A stretch of 64,000 bases of DNA from Clostridia bacterium. GTDB taxonomy: Bacteria; Bacillota; Clostridia; Christensenellales; Borkfalkiaceae. The position numbers and the translations under genes were made by a program. The notes beneath the pieces were generated by a model. The model was not told where the DNA came from and did no database searches. It saw only the letters and a list, made by a program, of their open reading frames with translations. Shown here one piece after another: positions 43,976-54,519 of this stretch (position 1 is its first letter; the number at the start of each line of letters is the position of its first letter). Location of the stretch: assembly GCA_900767195.1 (NCBI GenBank), contig CAAFYG010000078.1, positions 32 to 64,031 on the forward strand, given 5' to 3'.

Positions 43976-45517
43976 TTATTCGGCGTCTTTCTTTGCTGCG
44001 GTCTTCTTTGCCGCCGGTTTCTTCGCGGCGGGTTTCTTTTCCGCCTTTTCGCCGGAATTTTCCTTCGTGGCTTTCGCCGCTTTCGCAGTCTTTTCCGCTT
44101 TCTCTTCGCCTTCCGCTTTCACGGTTTTCTTTGCGGCGGTCTTTTTCGCGGCGGTTTTCTTCGCCGGCTTTTCTTCTTTCGCTTCCGCGGCAGCCGTTTC
44201 TTCCGCCTCTTCCGAGCCGTCCGAATACGTCATTTCGTTGTTCGCCTTTAAGAAATCGAACAGCTTCGTGATGATAATATCGTTTCTAAGGTAATCCACC
44301 TGACGGGGATCGATCGTCTTTTCGTACTCTTCCGCGCTCTTGCCCACAGATTCCGCCTGCTCGGCGATCTTGGCTTTCACTTCTTCTTCCGTGGCGTCGA
44401 TTTTCTCGTTTTTAATGATCTGCGAGATAATCAACTGATTCAAAACGTTCTTCTTCGCCGCTTCTTCATAAGTCTTGCGGAAGTCTTCCTTTGTCGTCTT
44501 GATAAACGCAAGATAATCGTCGAGTTTCAAGCCCTGATACATCAGCTGATACTCGAAGCGGCGCACGAGGTTATCGATTTCGCTTTCGATCATCGCCTGC
44601 GGAATTTCGGCGGACGCGCCTTTTGCAATCTCGTTTAAAATCGCGTTTTCGGTGTCGTCGTTCGCGCGGGAATCCGCTTGCTTTTGCAATCTTTCTTTCG
44701 TCTTTTCCTTATACGCTTCGATGGTTTCGCTGCCCGTGGCTTCCTTGATAAACGCGTCGGTAAGCTCGGGTTTTTCCTTGGCGAAAAGCGAGTTTAAAGT
44801 TACGGCGAACACGGCCGCCTTGCCTTTGAGATCCGCCGCCTGATAATCTTCGGGGAAAGTGACGTTTACGTCTTTCTTCTCGCCCACGTTCATGCCGATC
44901 ACCTGATCTTCGAATCCGGGGATAAACTGACCGCTGCCGAGCGTTAAATCGAAGCCCTGCGCTTCGCCGCCCTCGAATTTCACGCCGTCTGCCGTGCCTA
45001 CGAAATCGATGTTCGCGATGTCGCCCTTTTCGGCGGCTCTGCCCTCAACGTTCACTTTGCGCGCGTTTCTTTCGAGTATTTTTTCGATTTCGGCGTCCAC
45101 GTCGGCGTCTTTTACATTATACGCGTATCCTTTCAGCTTCATACCCGTATACGCCTCGATTTTTACATCCGGCTTCACGGGAACTACGGCGGAAAGCACT
45201 ACTTTGTCTTCCGCAAGCTCGTCCACCGAAACGTCGGGATCGCCCACAACGGTGAAATCATCTTTCTTTTCGTCGAGAATCTTGCCGTAATTTTCAGAGA
45301 AGAGGATATTTAAGCCGTCTTCATAGAAAACGCCTTTGCCGTAGGCATGTTCGATCACGTTCTTGGGGGCTTTGCCCTTGCGGAATCCGTTCACCGCAAA
45401 TCTGCCGCGCTCTTTTACGTACGCTTTGTTCTGCGCGTCGAGCCATTCGTCTTTGTCGAAGGTCATCGTGATCTTTACGGTGCTTTTTTCAGCTGCTTTG
45501 GTGGTATACTTCATGGT
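43976..45517 (-). CDS. tig: Trigger factor with ~110-aa Lys/Ala/Glu-rich C-terminal tail
   Basis: Start at MKYTTKAAEK with GGAGAA RBS; FKBP PPIase core; tail '...PAKKTAAKKTAAKKTVKAEGEEKAEKTAKAAKATKE...KKPAAKKPAAKKTAAKKDAE'; ORF frame extends to 45655. Confidence 0.9.
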   Translation of the reverse strand, partial: TMKYTTKAAEKSTVKITMTFDKDEWLDAQNKAYVKERGRFAVNGFRKGKAPKNVIEHAYGKGVFYEDGLNILFSENYGKILDEKKDDFTVVGDPDVSVDELAEDKVVLSAVVPVKPDVKIEAYTGMKLKGYAYNVKDADVDAEIEKILERNARKVNVEGRAAEKGDIANIDFVGTADGVKFEGGEAQGFDLTLGSGQFIPGFEDQVIGMNVGEKKDVNVTFPEDYQAADLKGKAAVFAVTLNSLFAKEKPELTDAFIKEATGSETIEAYKEKTKERLQKQADSRANDDTENAILNEIAKGASAEIPQAMIESEIDNLVRRFEYQLMYQGLKLDDYLAFIKTTKEDFRKTYEEAAKKNVLNQLIISQIIKNEKIDATEEEVKAKIAEQAESVGKSAEEYEKTIDPRQVDYLRNDIIITKLFDFLKANNEMTYSDGSEEAEETAAAEAKEEKPAKKTAAKKTAAKKTVKAEGEEKAEKTAKAAKATKENSGEKAEKKPAAKKPAAKKTAAKKDAE

Positions 45518-45816
45518 GTTTTGTTCTCCTGCCGTTTTTTCTTTAATTTTTTCGCTGCATTTTTGCGGCTCGGAAAAAACGTTCTCTTTTTCGTTTGAAT
45601 TTTTTTGCGGGCGCGCTTTCAAGGCGTTTTGCCGCCTTTTTTCGTCCGCTCTCAATATTTTACCATATTCTTTTAAGAAAATAAAGCGATTTTATTTACA
45701 AATCGGGAAATTTCGGTTATAATTTAGGAAAAATGTTTGTTTGTCCGCGCGAAAATCGGCGAATTTTAAAATTTTTGCCGCTTCGCCGCCCGTTCACGAA
45801 CAAAAAGGAGACAACT

Positions 45817-47595
45817 ATGCCGCAGGACGCTTTTCATATCGGAAGGCTCGCGATCGAGCTTGATCATTTGCTCTCGGGGGGCAGAGTCAACCGCGTTTCG
45901 CAAGCGGATAAAGACGAACTTACCCTGATTATATACACCGAAAAAGGCGCGCTTAAACTGATTCTGAACACAAACGCTTCGTTTGCGCGCGTTTGCGTGC
46001 AAAACACCGAAAAACCGCCGCTGCTCGTAGCGCCGTCTTTTTGCATGCTGCTTCGGAAACACCTTTCGGGCGCGCAGCTCAAAAGCGTGAAACAAGTGGG
46101 CAACGAGCGGATTTTAGCCCTGACGTTTCTCTGTTTCAACGATTTTTCGGGCGGCGAAAAGGTGCTTTACGCCGAGCTGATGGGCAAGTATTCCAACCTG
46201 ATTTTAACGGAAAACGGAATTATCGCGGGCGCGCTGAAAAGCACTTCGCTCGAAAACGCTTCGGGGCGGATTCTGTTCTCGGGCGCGAAATACGCTCTGC
46301 CGCCCGCGCAGGACAAAGTTTCTCCTGCCGACGCCGCCGCGATTTCGGAAAAATGGCACGCGTTTTTATCGGGCGTTGAAAGCGAAAACGACGGGGGTAG
46401 CGGCGGAACGAACGCGGATTTTGATAAAGACGTACACAACAACGGCACAGCGGAAAACGCCGGAAAATACGGCGAAACGGCGGCAAAATTTATTTTTTCG
46501 AACGTGGCGGGCATCGCTTTGCCCACGGCGCGGCATATTTTGTCTTTTGCGGCGGCGCGGGGCGTGGCGGCGGAAGATTTTCCCGCTTTTTTCGTGAATT
46601 TCTTTTTACACGAACCGGTGCGGGCGTATCTTGCGGAAGAGAACGGGATTTTTTCGGACTTTTTCGCGTTTGAAACGGAAAACGGCGTAGCGGCGGCGAA
46701 CTTAAACGAAGCGGAAGAAAAATACTACGTATCGCGCAGCGAAAACCGCGCGTTCAACGAGAAAAAATCGCGGCTGTTTTCCGTAGCGAACGCGAAAATC
46801 AAGAAATGCGAAAAAAATCTTGCGGACACGCTGCGGCGGCTTGCCGAAGCGGAAAACGCGGAAGATAACCGCGTGAAAGGCGAACTGATCACGGCGAATA
46901 TCTACAAACTGCAAAAAGGCGACGCGTTTCTGCTCGCCGAAAACTGGTACGAAGGCGGCAAAGAAGAAAAAATCGCGCTGGATAAAACGCTTTCCCCCGC
47001 CGCCAACGCACAGCGGTATTTCAAAACGTACGCGAAAGAAAAGCGCACGAAAGAGGCTCTCGCGCCCCGCCGCGAAGACGAAGAACGCGAGCTAAAATAT
47101 TTTCGGTCGGTGGCGGCGTTCGTTACGCTCGCCGAAAACGCGGACGATCTGACGGAAACGGAAGAAGAATTGCGCGCGCTCGGTCTGCTGCCTAAGGAAA
47201 AGGCGAAAAAGAAAAAAGCCGTCGCCTCCGTGCCTTTCCGCAAGTACGAAATCGGCGGATTTACGGTGCTTGTGGGGCGGAACAACGCTTCCAACGACAA
47301 TCTCGTGCGGCAGCTCGACGGCGAGGATTTGTGGCTGCACGCGCAGAAATATCATTCGGCGCACGCAGGCATTTTATGCGAAGGAAAAAAGCCGCCCGAA
47401 AGCGTGATCGAAGCGGCGGCGCAGCTTTGCGTGTATTTTTCCGAAGTGAAACACGGCGAAAAGGCGGCGGTGGACTACGCGAAGCGCAAGCACGTGAAAA
47501 AGCCGAAAAAAGCCGCGCTCGGGTTCGTTACGTACACCGACTATAAAACGCTGTACGTTGCGGCTGACGCGCACGAAAAGGAACGGGTAATATGA
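45817..47595 (+). CDS. rqcH: RqcH/FbpA-family ribosome quality control protein (NFACT-N ... NFACT-R/DUF814)
   Basis: Start at MPQDAFHIGRL with AAAGGAGA RBS; C-terminal 'GFTVLVGRNNASND...WLHAQKYHSAHAGI' DUF814. Confidence 0.8.
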   Translation: MPQDAFHIGRLAIELDHLLSGGRVNRVSQADKDELTLIIYTEKGALKLILNTNASFARVCVQNTEKPPLLVAPSFCMLLRKHLSGAQLKSVKQVGNERILALTFLCFNDFSGGEKVLYAELMGKYSNLILTENGIIAGALKSTSLENASGRILFSGAKYALPPAQDKVSPADAAAISEKWHAFLSGVESENDGGSGGTNADFDKDVHNNGTAENAGKYGETAAKFIFSNVAGIALPTARHILSFAAARGVAAEDFPAFFVNFFLHEPVRAYLAEENGIFSDFFAFETENGVAAANLNEAEEKYYVSRSENRAFNEKKSRLFSVANAKIKKCEKNLADTLRRLAEAENAEDNRVKGELITANIYKLQKGDAFLLAENWYEGGKEEKIALDKTLSPAANAQRYFKTYAKEKRTKEALAPRREDEERELKYFRSVAAFVTLAENADDLTETEEELRALGLLPKEKAKKKKAVASVPFRKYEIGGFTVLVGRNNASNDNLVRQLDGEDLWLHAQKYHSAHAGILCEGKKPPESVIEAAAQLCVYFSEVKHGEKAAVDYAKRKHVKKPKKAALGFVTYTDYKTLYVAADAHEKERVI

Positions 47596-48128
47596 AAGAT
47601 TTATCTTTAAACAATACAACCGAAAAACCGCGCGCGGAAAATTACGGAATACGGCTTGCCGAAGCGGAAGATTTGCCCGCGCTGCGCCGAATTTACGCGG
47701 CGGCGCGTGAGTTTATGGCGAAACACGGCAACGCGGCGCAATGGGGCTCGAATTTTCCGCCGGACGAGCTTTTGCTTTCGCATATTTCGCGGCGGGAATT
47801 GTACGTTTTCGAAGAAATTTCTATCGGCAACCTTCACGCGGCGTTTGCGCTGGTGCGCGGCGAAGATCCTGCGTATCGAAAAATCGACGGCTCGTGGCTC
47901 TCTTCGTTGCCGTATCTCACGATTCATCGCGTGGCGAGCGACGGCACGGCGCGCGGAGTCTTTTCCGCGATTGTGAAATTTGCGGAAAAAATCTGCCCGC
48001 ATTTGCGGGCGGACACGCACGAAAAAAACGCGGCAATGCGCGCCGCGCTTATCAAAAACGGATTTTCTAAGCGAGGCGAAGTCCGGCTTTCCGACGGTTC
48101 ACCCCGCCTTGCGTATGAAAAACTTTAA
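47592..48128 (+). CDS. GNAT family N-acetyltransferase
   Basis: 178 aa; acetyltransferase fold; ATGA overlap with rqcH. Confidence 0.7.
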   Translation: MKDLSLNNTTEKPRAENYGIRLAEAEDLPALRRIYAAAREFMAKHGNAAQWGSNFPPDELLLSHISRRELYVFEEISIGNLHAAFALVRGEDPAYRKIDGSWLSSLPYLTIHRVASDGTARGVFSAIVKFAEKICPHLRADTHEKNAAMRAALIKNGFSKRGEVRLSDGSPRLAYEKL

Positions 48129-48203
48129 ATAACAATAAAATTTTAAACAACAACCGCCCCGGGGAAAAAAGGCAAATCGCCGCCTTTTCAGACGCGCTTA
48201 ACC

Positions 48204-49733
48204 TTATTTCCGTTTCATTAAATACTTAATTTTTTCAAAAACAACTTTGAATTCGCGGGTTTTAAAGGAAACCGACAAAAACACGGCGTTCGGCAGCGCA
48301 ATGCAGATCGCGCCTTTTAAAAGCAGCCACAAAACGCCCGTTTCGGGCAGTTTAAAACACACGAAGCAGGTGAGCGCGCCCGCCGCCGCCACAACCATGG
48401 TATATAAAAGCATGCGCAGATAGTATTTTGCGGGCGAAAAGCCGAAGTAATTTTTGAAAAACGCGTGCGTTTCCCAAGGCATCGAAACCACGAAAACTCC
48501 GGCTATGGTAGCCACGATTGCGCCGTTTACGCCCATTTTACCGATCAACGCCAGCGAAAGCAGCAGCGTTACCGCGGCAACGGTGTACGGCTTGAAAAAG
48601 TCGTCTTTCCACATGCCCGCCGCGTCTTTGTAGGTGGAAAGAATATCTTTGAATTTCCAAAGGTACAAAAGCAGCGCAAACAAAAATGCGGAAGAGTTGC
48701 CGAGCATTTTATCTTCGTCGCCGTTCATCCAGATGCGCATAAAGTGCTGAAACAGGCACAAAAGCGTGATGGACATCCATCCCACGAGCCACACGTTCAG
48801 AAAGGTGAGCGTATTGAAATCGTCGTAATTTTTCTTTACGTCCGCCGTAACGATATTGTTGCCGATGCCCGCCGTAAGCGCAGTGTACAGCACGGAAATA
48901 ATGGCGATAAGGGAATTTACGATATAGAAATAATTGTTGTACACGCCGAGAGTTTCCAACCCGAGGCGCGAAGAAATCACGATATTCGTGCCGGAAAAAA
49001 TCACCGTGCCGCTTAAGCGATGCCCGATCATCGCGCCGATATTTTTAAAAACGGCTTTCTTTTCCGCCTCGCCGAGCGTATCTTCCGCTTTGTAATCGGG
49101 GTATTTTTTATTGACGTACGCCGATCGCGCGAGATTGACGGATAGCGTGCAAAGCGGCAAAAACACGATATACACGTAGTAATTTTTAAAAATCAGCAGC
49201 ACCGCCACCTGCAAAACGTACATGGCGATATACGAAATCGTCATAATCACGTTTTCGATATCGTTGCGCTGAAACGCCGCAAGCAGCACGCTTTTATACG
49301 CGAACACAAAGTAGCTCACCACCGTGTTGGCAAGGTATATAAAATACAGAATGTATAAATTGATGTCCGCGGGAGCTTCGCCTTTGATCAGTTTTGGCAA
49401 AAACGGCGTAACGGCAAGCCCCGCAACGAGAATCGCCGCGCCCACGATATAATACACCTTTCGGATAAAGCCGAGCAGGGCGCACACAAGCGGCCTGTTA
49501 TCTTCCGCCACGGGTTTGTACATGGCAAACGCCACCACCGTGGAAAAGCCGAGTTCGGAAAGCGACAGCACCTGCAAAAGCGATGTGAAAAGCGAGCCTA
49601 ACCCGGCATATTCGATGCCGAGTTTCCGGATTAAAATCGTGCGGATGGCGAAGGGGAAAAGCAAGCACACCACGCGATAGATAATGCCGCTGACGGAATT
49701 TTTCACGGCGTTTTTCGTTCTTTCTATTTGCAT
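48204..49733 (-). CDS. MOP-superfamily polysaccharide biosynthesis protein / oligosaccharide flippase (Wzx-like)
   Basis: 509 aa, ~14 TM, N-terminal 'KNSVSGIIYRVV...IRKLG' typical of PF01943. Confidence 0.65.
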   Translation of the reverse strand: MQIERTKNAVKNSVSGIIYRVVCLLFPFAIRTILIRKLGIEYAGLGSLFTSLLQVLSLSELGFSTVVAFAMYKPVAEDNRPLVCALLGFIRKVYYIVGAAILVAGLAVTPFLPKLIKGEAPADINLYILYFIYLANTVVSYFVFAYKSVLLAAFQRNDIENVIMTISYIAMYVLQVAVLLIFKNYYVYIVFLPLCTLSVNLARSAYVNKKYPDYKAEDTLGEAEKKAVFKNIGAMIGHRLSGTVIFSGTNIVISSRLGLETLGVYNNYFYIVNSLIAIISVLYTALTAGIGNNIVTADVKKNYDDFNTLTFLNVWLVGWMSITLLCLFQHFMRIWMNGDEDKMLGNSSAFLFALLLYLWKFKDILSTYKDAAGMWKDDFFKPYTVAAVTLLLSLALIGKMGVNGAIVATIAGVFVVSMPWETHAFFKNYFGFSPAKYYLRMLLYTMVVAAAGALTCFVCFKLPETGVLWLLLKGAICIALPNAVFLSVSFKTREFKVVFEKIKYLMKRK

Positions 49734-50893
49734 AAGCGTTTTCCGATTTCTTTTGCAAACGTATTCGCCGTATTTTCCCAGGTGAAGTCTTTGGCGCGCG
49801 CTCTGCCTTTTTCAATGAGTTCTTCGCGCAAAGCCTCGTCGGTGATCACCCGTTCCATCGCTTCGGCAATGGATTTTTCGCTGTACGGATCTACAAGCAA
49901 CGCCGCGCCGCCCGCCACCTCGGGCAAACAGGATACGTTGGAAGTGATTGCAGGCACGCCCGCCGCCATCGCCTCCACAAGCGGCAACCCGAATCCTTCG
50001 AACGTAGAAACAAGCATCAGCGCGCCCGCGCACTGCACCACGGCGGCAATATCGTCGTTTTCGATGCCGTTTAAAAGCACAACGCCGGGCAAGGCGAGTT
50101 TTTCCGCCTGTTCTTTCAGCTCGCGGCTATGATTGGCGATCACAAGCTTATGGTTTTTTCGGATTTCTTCGGGCAGAAGAGCATAAGCGTTTAACAAACG
50201 GGCAAGATTTTTGTTTTCGCGATCCTGCCCCACAAAAAGAAAATACTTTTCTCCGGTGTGGTATTTTTCTTTCACTTCGGCGCGTTTTTCTTCTGTTGCG
50301 GGGGCGGCAAAAAACGCGGCGTCAGTACCGCAGTAATTCACCACGGTTTTGCCTTTAGCCATGGGGTAGTAGCTTAAAATCTCGCTTTCGGAGTGGCGAG
50401 AAACGGTGAAAATCACGTCGGCGTTCTTCACCGCGTTTTTGTACATTTTTTTATGTAGCCATCTCTTAACCGCCGCTTTCAATCCGTTTTTCGGCGCATG
50501 CAGCGGCGTAAGATCGTGAATGATCACCGCGGTAAGACCTTTTGGCTTATTCGCAGGGCAATAATTCAAAGGAAAAATGTATACGTCCGCCTTTTCGCCG
50601 AAGATTTTTTTGTAATTCATGGGCAGAAGGTATTCCGCCGGCGCTAATATTTTTTTCGGATACGCGGTGTTTTTATAGCGTATTTTCACGCCGGGCATCG
50701 TTTCCCGAAAGTCCGCCTCGATCGCAGCGCGCCGCGCGCCGCGCCTTTCTTTGCGCAATAAAAGTACGCCGCCCGTAATTTCCGTTTTTTCCGACAGACC
50801 GGTTTTCGCAAAAGCTTTCAGCGTTTCCTGCAAAACTTTCGTCACTCCGTCGTGCGGATTTTTATTATCGGTTAAATATAACGCTACTTTCAT
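49724..50893 (-). CDS. Glycosyltransferase family 4 (GT-B, group 1)
   Basis: C-terminal 'STFEGFGLPLVEAMAAGVPAI' E-x7-E region. Confidence 0.75.
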   Translation of the reverse strand: MKVALYLTDNKNPHDGVTKVLQETLKAFAKTGLSEKTEITGGVLLLRKERRGARRAAIEADFRETMPGVKIRYKNTAYPKKILAPAEYLLPMNYKKIFGEKADVYIFPLNYCPANKPKGLTAVIIHDLTPLHAPKNGLKAAVKRWLHKKMYKNAVKNADVIFTVSRHSESEILSYYPMAKGKTVVNYCGTDAAFFAAPATEEKRAEVKEKYHTGEKYFLFVGQDRENKNLARLLNAYALLPEEIRKNHKLVIANHSRELKEQAEKLALPGVVLLNGIENDDIAAVVQCAGALMLVSTFEGFGLPLVEAMAAGVPAITSNVSCLPEVAGGAALLVDPYSEKSIAEAMERVITDEALREELIEKGRARAKDFTWENTANTFAKEIGKRLCK

Positions 50894-52488
50894 ATCGTTT
50901 CTTTCTCCTTAGGGATATGTGCGCCTGCAGTTTCCGTCTCTTTTGCTTCTTTTGCCTCTTTTGCCTCTTTTTCGCCTGTTACGCCGCCGGAAAGCATTTG
51001 TTCGGCATACATAAACGTAACGGGAATAATCGTAGCGAAAGCAAAGCCGAGCCAGCCGAGCGTCGTCATCGAAAAGTATACGCATACGCAAAAGAACGCG
51101 CTCTTTTTCGACGTGCGCGCAAACGCCGCGTAAAAGCAAACCAAAAGCGCCGAGCCGGCAAGCCCCACGCTCCCGAGAAGACTGAGCGTAGTGGTATTCG
51201 ATTCCACGTACGAAAGCCCGATGCCGAGAATCGGACGCGCCGCAAAATATTTCAATGCGAAAAACGCGCTTGTAAGCCGCGCTCCCTCCGAAGTGAACGT
51301 GGCGTCGTCGCCTTTCAGCAAACAGAATAAAGAATAACAAAAACTCGACGCCCGCTCATACAGGCGATCGAGATTCCACTTCGTTTTCAACGGCGTAAAC
51401 CCCACCACGAGAAACGCCGCCGCCGCCAGAAGCAAAAATCCCCACGTCCAGAAAAATTTCCCTTTCGGCGAAATGTAAAACCAGAAATACATAAACAGCA
51501 ACAGCACCACGTACAGGTATGCGCCGAAAGACGTGGAATAGGCAAGCAGAAATACAACGGCAAAAAAGAAAAGATTGTCCGCAATTACGGCGCACACGCC
51601 GGAAGAGTACCTTTTATTTTTATCGCCGACGAGCTTTAAAAGCGCGAGAAATCCGAAAAACGAAAAATACGTGGCATAGTGCGACGGCTCTTTATAAAGT
51701 CCCTGATAGCGATCGACAAGCGCAAACGTATGCGGCGTTTCCCCGAAAAATACGTTATAATATCGTTCGGTGAGATTTAAGCCGAAAAATTTTTTCACCA
51801 CGATTTCGAAAAAACCGTAAACGACCATCGCGCGGCCGAGCCAAAGCAGTGCGCCCGCTATTTTCATTCTCTCCGCCCGCGCGCCGAATATCTTCGCCGC
51901 TACGGAAAATGTCGCCACGAGTCTTACCACCACGAACGCCGTTTTAAACATGGCAAAAGACGGCTTCACTTTCACAATTTTCACGTCGATACCCAGCACA
52001 TACCCGTCGAAATCCACAATCACCCCCGGCTTATAGGGGCGCGCGGCGCAGGAAAGCACGCCGAGAAAGATCGAAAAAAGCAAAGCGCCGCCCATAATCA
52101 GCACTCTTTTATCGTACTTTTTACGGCACAACAAAATCAGCGAAAGGCAAAAAACAACCATGGACGCCACGAAATCGTATCCTACAAGTTTGTCGTTTAC
52201 TTTTGCGAAATAGCCGAGATTCGTAAACATAAACGTGAAAAGTTCGAAGATAAACGCAAGCTTAAACCACTGCTCGATAAACCGCGCAAAAAAGCTCTCT
52301 TCCGCCGATTCGCAGGGGGTAGAGGGCGATTCTTCGCATTTTTGCCGCACCGAAACCCGTCCGCGCGCGCGGACGAATAAAGCCGGATATTTCGTTTTGA
52401 CAAACGCCGCAACGGGCAGCGCGCAGATCATCGCGCAAAGCACCCACGCGAACGGCGTTAATTGAATACTCATTTTTCCTCCCGGCAA
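50890..52488 (-). CDS. O-antigen polymerase/ligase (Wzy)-like polytopic membrane protein
   Basis: 532 aa, ~12 TM with large periplasmic loop; within glycosyltransferase cluster; overlapping stop/start with neighbours. Confidence 0.5.
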   Translation of the reverse strand: MPGGKMSIQLTPFAWVLCAMICALPVAAFVKTKYPALFVRARGRVSVRQKCEESPSTPCESAEESFFARFIEQWFKLAFIFELFTFMFTNLGYFAKVNDKLVGYDFVASMVVFCLSLILLCRKKYDKRVLIMGGALLFSIFLGVLSCAARPYKPGVIVDFDGYVLGIDVKIVKVKPSFAMFKTAFVVVRLVATFSVAAKIFGARAERMKIAGALLWLGRAMVVYGFFEIVVKKFFGLNLTERYYNVFFGETPHTFALVDRYQGLYKEPSHYATYFSFFGFLALLKLVGDKNKRYSSGVCAVIADNLFFFAVVFLLAYSTSFGAYLYVVLLLFMYFWFYISPKGKFFWTWGFLLLAAAAFLVVGFTPLKTKWNLDRLYERASSFCYSLFCLLKGDDATFTSEGARLTSAFFALKYFAARPILGIGLSYVESNTTTLSLLGSVGLAGSALLVCFYAAFARTSKKSAFFCVCVYFSMTTLGWLGFAFATIIPVTFMYAEQMLSGGVTGEKEAKEAKEAKETETAGAHIPKEKETI

Positions 52489-53507
52489 ATTTCTTCTATC
52501 TTTTGCTCGATACGTTCCGCCGCTTTTTTATAATCGAATTTTTCGAAAATTTCTTCTCTTTTCGTATGTACAACGGGGTCGGCTGAAAGAATTTTTTCTT
52601 TCAGATCAAAAGCGTCGCCCGTTTTGAAAAACGTAACGTCAAACCCGCCGTAAACTTCTTTAAAAACGGGAATATCGCTTACGATCGGTTTCGTGCCGAA
52701 ATATAACGCCTCGAAGGGCGGCGAGCCGAACCCTTCGTACACCGAAGGCTGAATCAAAAATTCCGCGCGCGCGATCTCTTCATACACTTCTTTATCCGTA
52801 AGCCGGCCCGTAAACGTCACGCCGTCCGCAAGCAATTCCGATGTGTCCGCGCCCGTTAAAAAGTGGTCCTTTTCGCCCACGATTTTCAAGGAAAATGCGC
52901 CTTTCGGCAACGTCGAAAACGCCGAAATCAACGTTTTTAACCCCTTATGCGGTTTCACGTTCCCCACGAAAAGCAGCGCGCCTTTCTGTTTTTTTACGCC
53001 CGATACGTCCGCGTTCGTCACGCCCGCCACGCCGTTGTAATTCAAAAAACACTTGCCCGCGTATTTCGGATAATAATGCTCGCACCGCGAAAGGGTAAAT
53101 CGCGAAACGCAGGAAACCGCCCGCGATTTTTTCATACACCGCTTCAGCAAAAATTTTTTCACCGCCCGATCCGCCGCGCCGCGCGTAGTCTCTTTCATAT
53201 CGAGAAAAATCAGATCGTGCATCACGGAAAATGCCGGCACTTTCACCGAAAAGGGAATGAGAAAATTCGGGGTGAAAAACGCGTCGCACCCGTTCGCTTC
53301 CCGATTGATTCTTCTGATCCCGGCAATCGAATACGGATCGTCGCGGTTGTCCGCGATTTTCGCTCTGCCCGCGTATTTTTCAAGCCGCCCGGCATCGCCG
53401 ATCAGAAGATATTCGTGCTTATCGAAAGTCAGATTTTCGGTGATGCCTTCGCACACCCTGCCGATCCCCGATCTGCCGAGATATCTGCAATCCACCGCTA
53501 TTTTCAT
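52470..53507 (-). CDS. Glycosyltransferase family 4
   Basis: Start at MKIAVDCRYLG; C-terminal 'PSVYEGFGSPPFEALYFGTKPIVSD'; ORF frame extends to 53723. Confidence 0.7.
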   Translation of the reverse strand: MKIAVDCRYLGRSGIGRVCEGITENLTFDKHEYLLIGDAGRLEKYAGRAKIADNRDDPYSIAGIRRINREANGCDAFFTPNFLIPFSVKVPAFSVMHDLIFLDMKETTRGAADRAVKKFLLKRCMKKSRAVSCVSRFTLSRCEHYYPKYAGKCFLNYNGVAGVTNADVSGVKKQKGALLFVGNVKPHKGLKTLISAFSTLPKGAFSLKIVGEKDHFLTGADTSELLADGVTFTGRLTDKEVYEEIARAEFLIQPSVYEGFGSPPFEALYFGTKPIVSDIPVFKEVYGGFDVTFFKTGDAFDLKEKILSADPVVHTKREEIFEKFDYKKAAERIEQKIEEICREEK

Positions 53508-53766
53508 TGCGTTTCCGTCCGTTGTATATTTTTTACGCGCCCAAAAAAATTCTTCCGGCGCAAAGAAAGCGTAAGCTTCGCCCGCAGCCGATAAAGCCGC
53601 TGTTTTTATTATAGCACTTCGCGGCGGCTTTGGCAAGTGTTTTACGCGCTTACGCGGCGTTCTTTCCCGTTCCGGAAATAAAAACCATATAAAAATTCCG
53701 GAATTTCGCGAAAAACGTCGCAAAACTCCGAAAATTTCCGGCGGATAAAAACAAGCCGAACAAACT

Positions 53767-54312
53767 TTATTCGAATTGATTAGCGAGAATATCGGCGGCG
53801 AGCCGCGTGAGCTTTACCGTCTCCGCTTCCGTTTTCGCACCCTCGTTTTTATCGAGAAGCGCCACAATGCCAAGGCAATCCCCGCCCGAAACCACCGGCA
53901 CGATCACCTGCGCGGCAAAGTCCGTTTCGCCCGCCGCCACTACGGGCAACATCTCTCCTCCTTCCGCTTTTGCCGCCGCGTAACTTCTGCGTTCTTTCAT
54001 CAGCTTATCCATTTCCGGCGAAAGCGTTTTGCCTGAAAATTCGCGTTTTCCCTCGCCGAAAGCGAACAAAACCCCGTCGGTGTCGCACACCACGGCAAGT
54101 TTACCGCTTAACTCGGCAAGCGATTTCGCGGCGGACTCGCTGAATTTTTCGATCGTGGCGATGGGCGAATATTTTTTCAGCATCAACTCGTCGCGGTCGG
54201 TGAAAATTTCCAGCGGATCGCCCTCGCGGATACGCAGCGTGCGCCTGATCTCTTTGGGAATCACCACTCTGCCAAGCTCGTCCATTCTTCTTACGATACC
54301 CGTAGCTTTCAT
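53767..54312 (-). CDS. spoVT: Stage V sporulation protein T (AbrB-type N-domain + GAF-like domain)
   Basis: MKATGIVRRMDELGRVVIPKEIRRTLRIREGDPLEIF nearly identical to Bacillus SpoVT N-terminus; GGAG RBS; ORF frame extends to 54348. Confidence 0.85.
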   Translation of the reverse strand: MKATGIVRRMDELGRVVIPKEIRRTLRIREGDPLEIFTDRDELMLKKYSPIATIEKFSESAAKSLAELSGKLAVVCDTDGVLFAFGEGKREFSGKTLSPEMDKLMKERRSYAAAKAEGGEMLPVVAAGETDFAAQVIVPVVSGGDCLGIVALLDKNEGAKTEAETVKLTRLAADILANQFE

Positions 54313-54519
54313 AAATTTGTCTCCTTTTTCACTAAAAACCGCGTGCATGCGGTTTTGTATCCTTTAACAGTTTGTCCGCACGAGAAAAATTTATGCAAAA
54401 ATAATAAAAAAGCTTTTGCCGCGCAAGCAAAAGCGATATAAACTCGTCGAATTTCTCTTCGATCTGCTTATTTTTCGTTTTTTTCGTTGTATTTCAAAAA
54501 AGCGAGATACGAACGCGCG

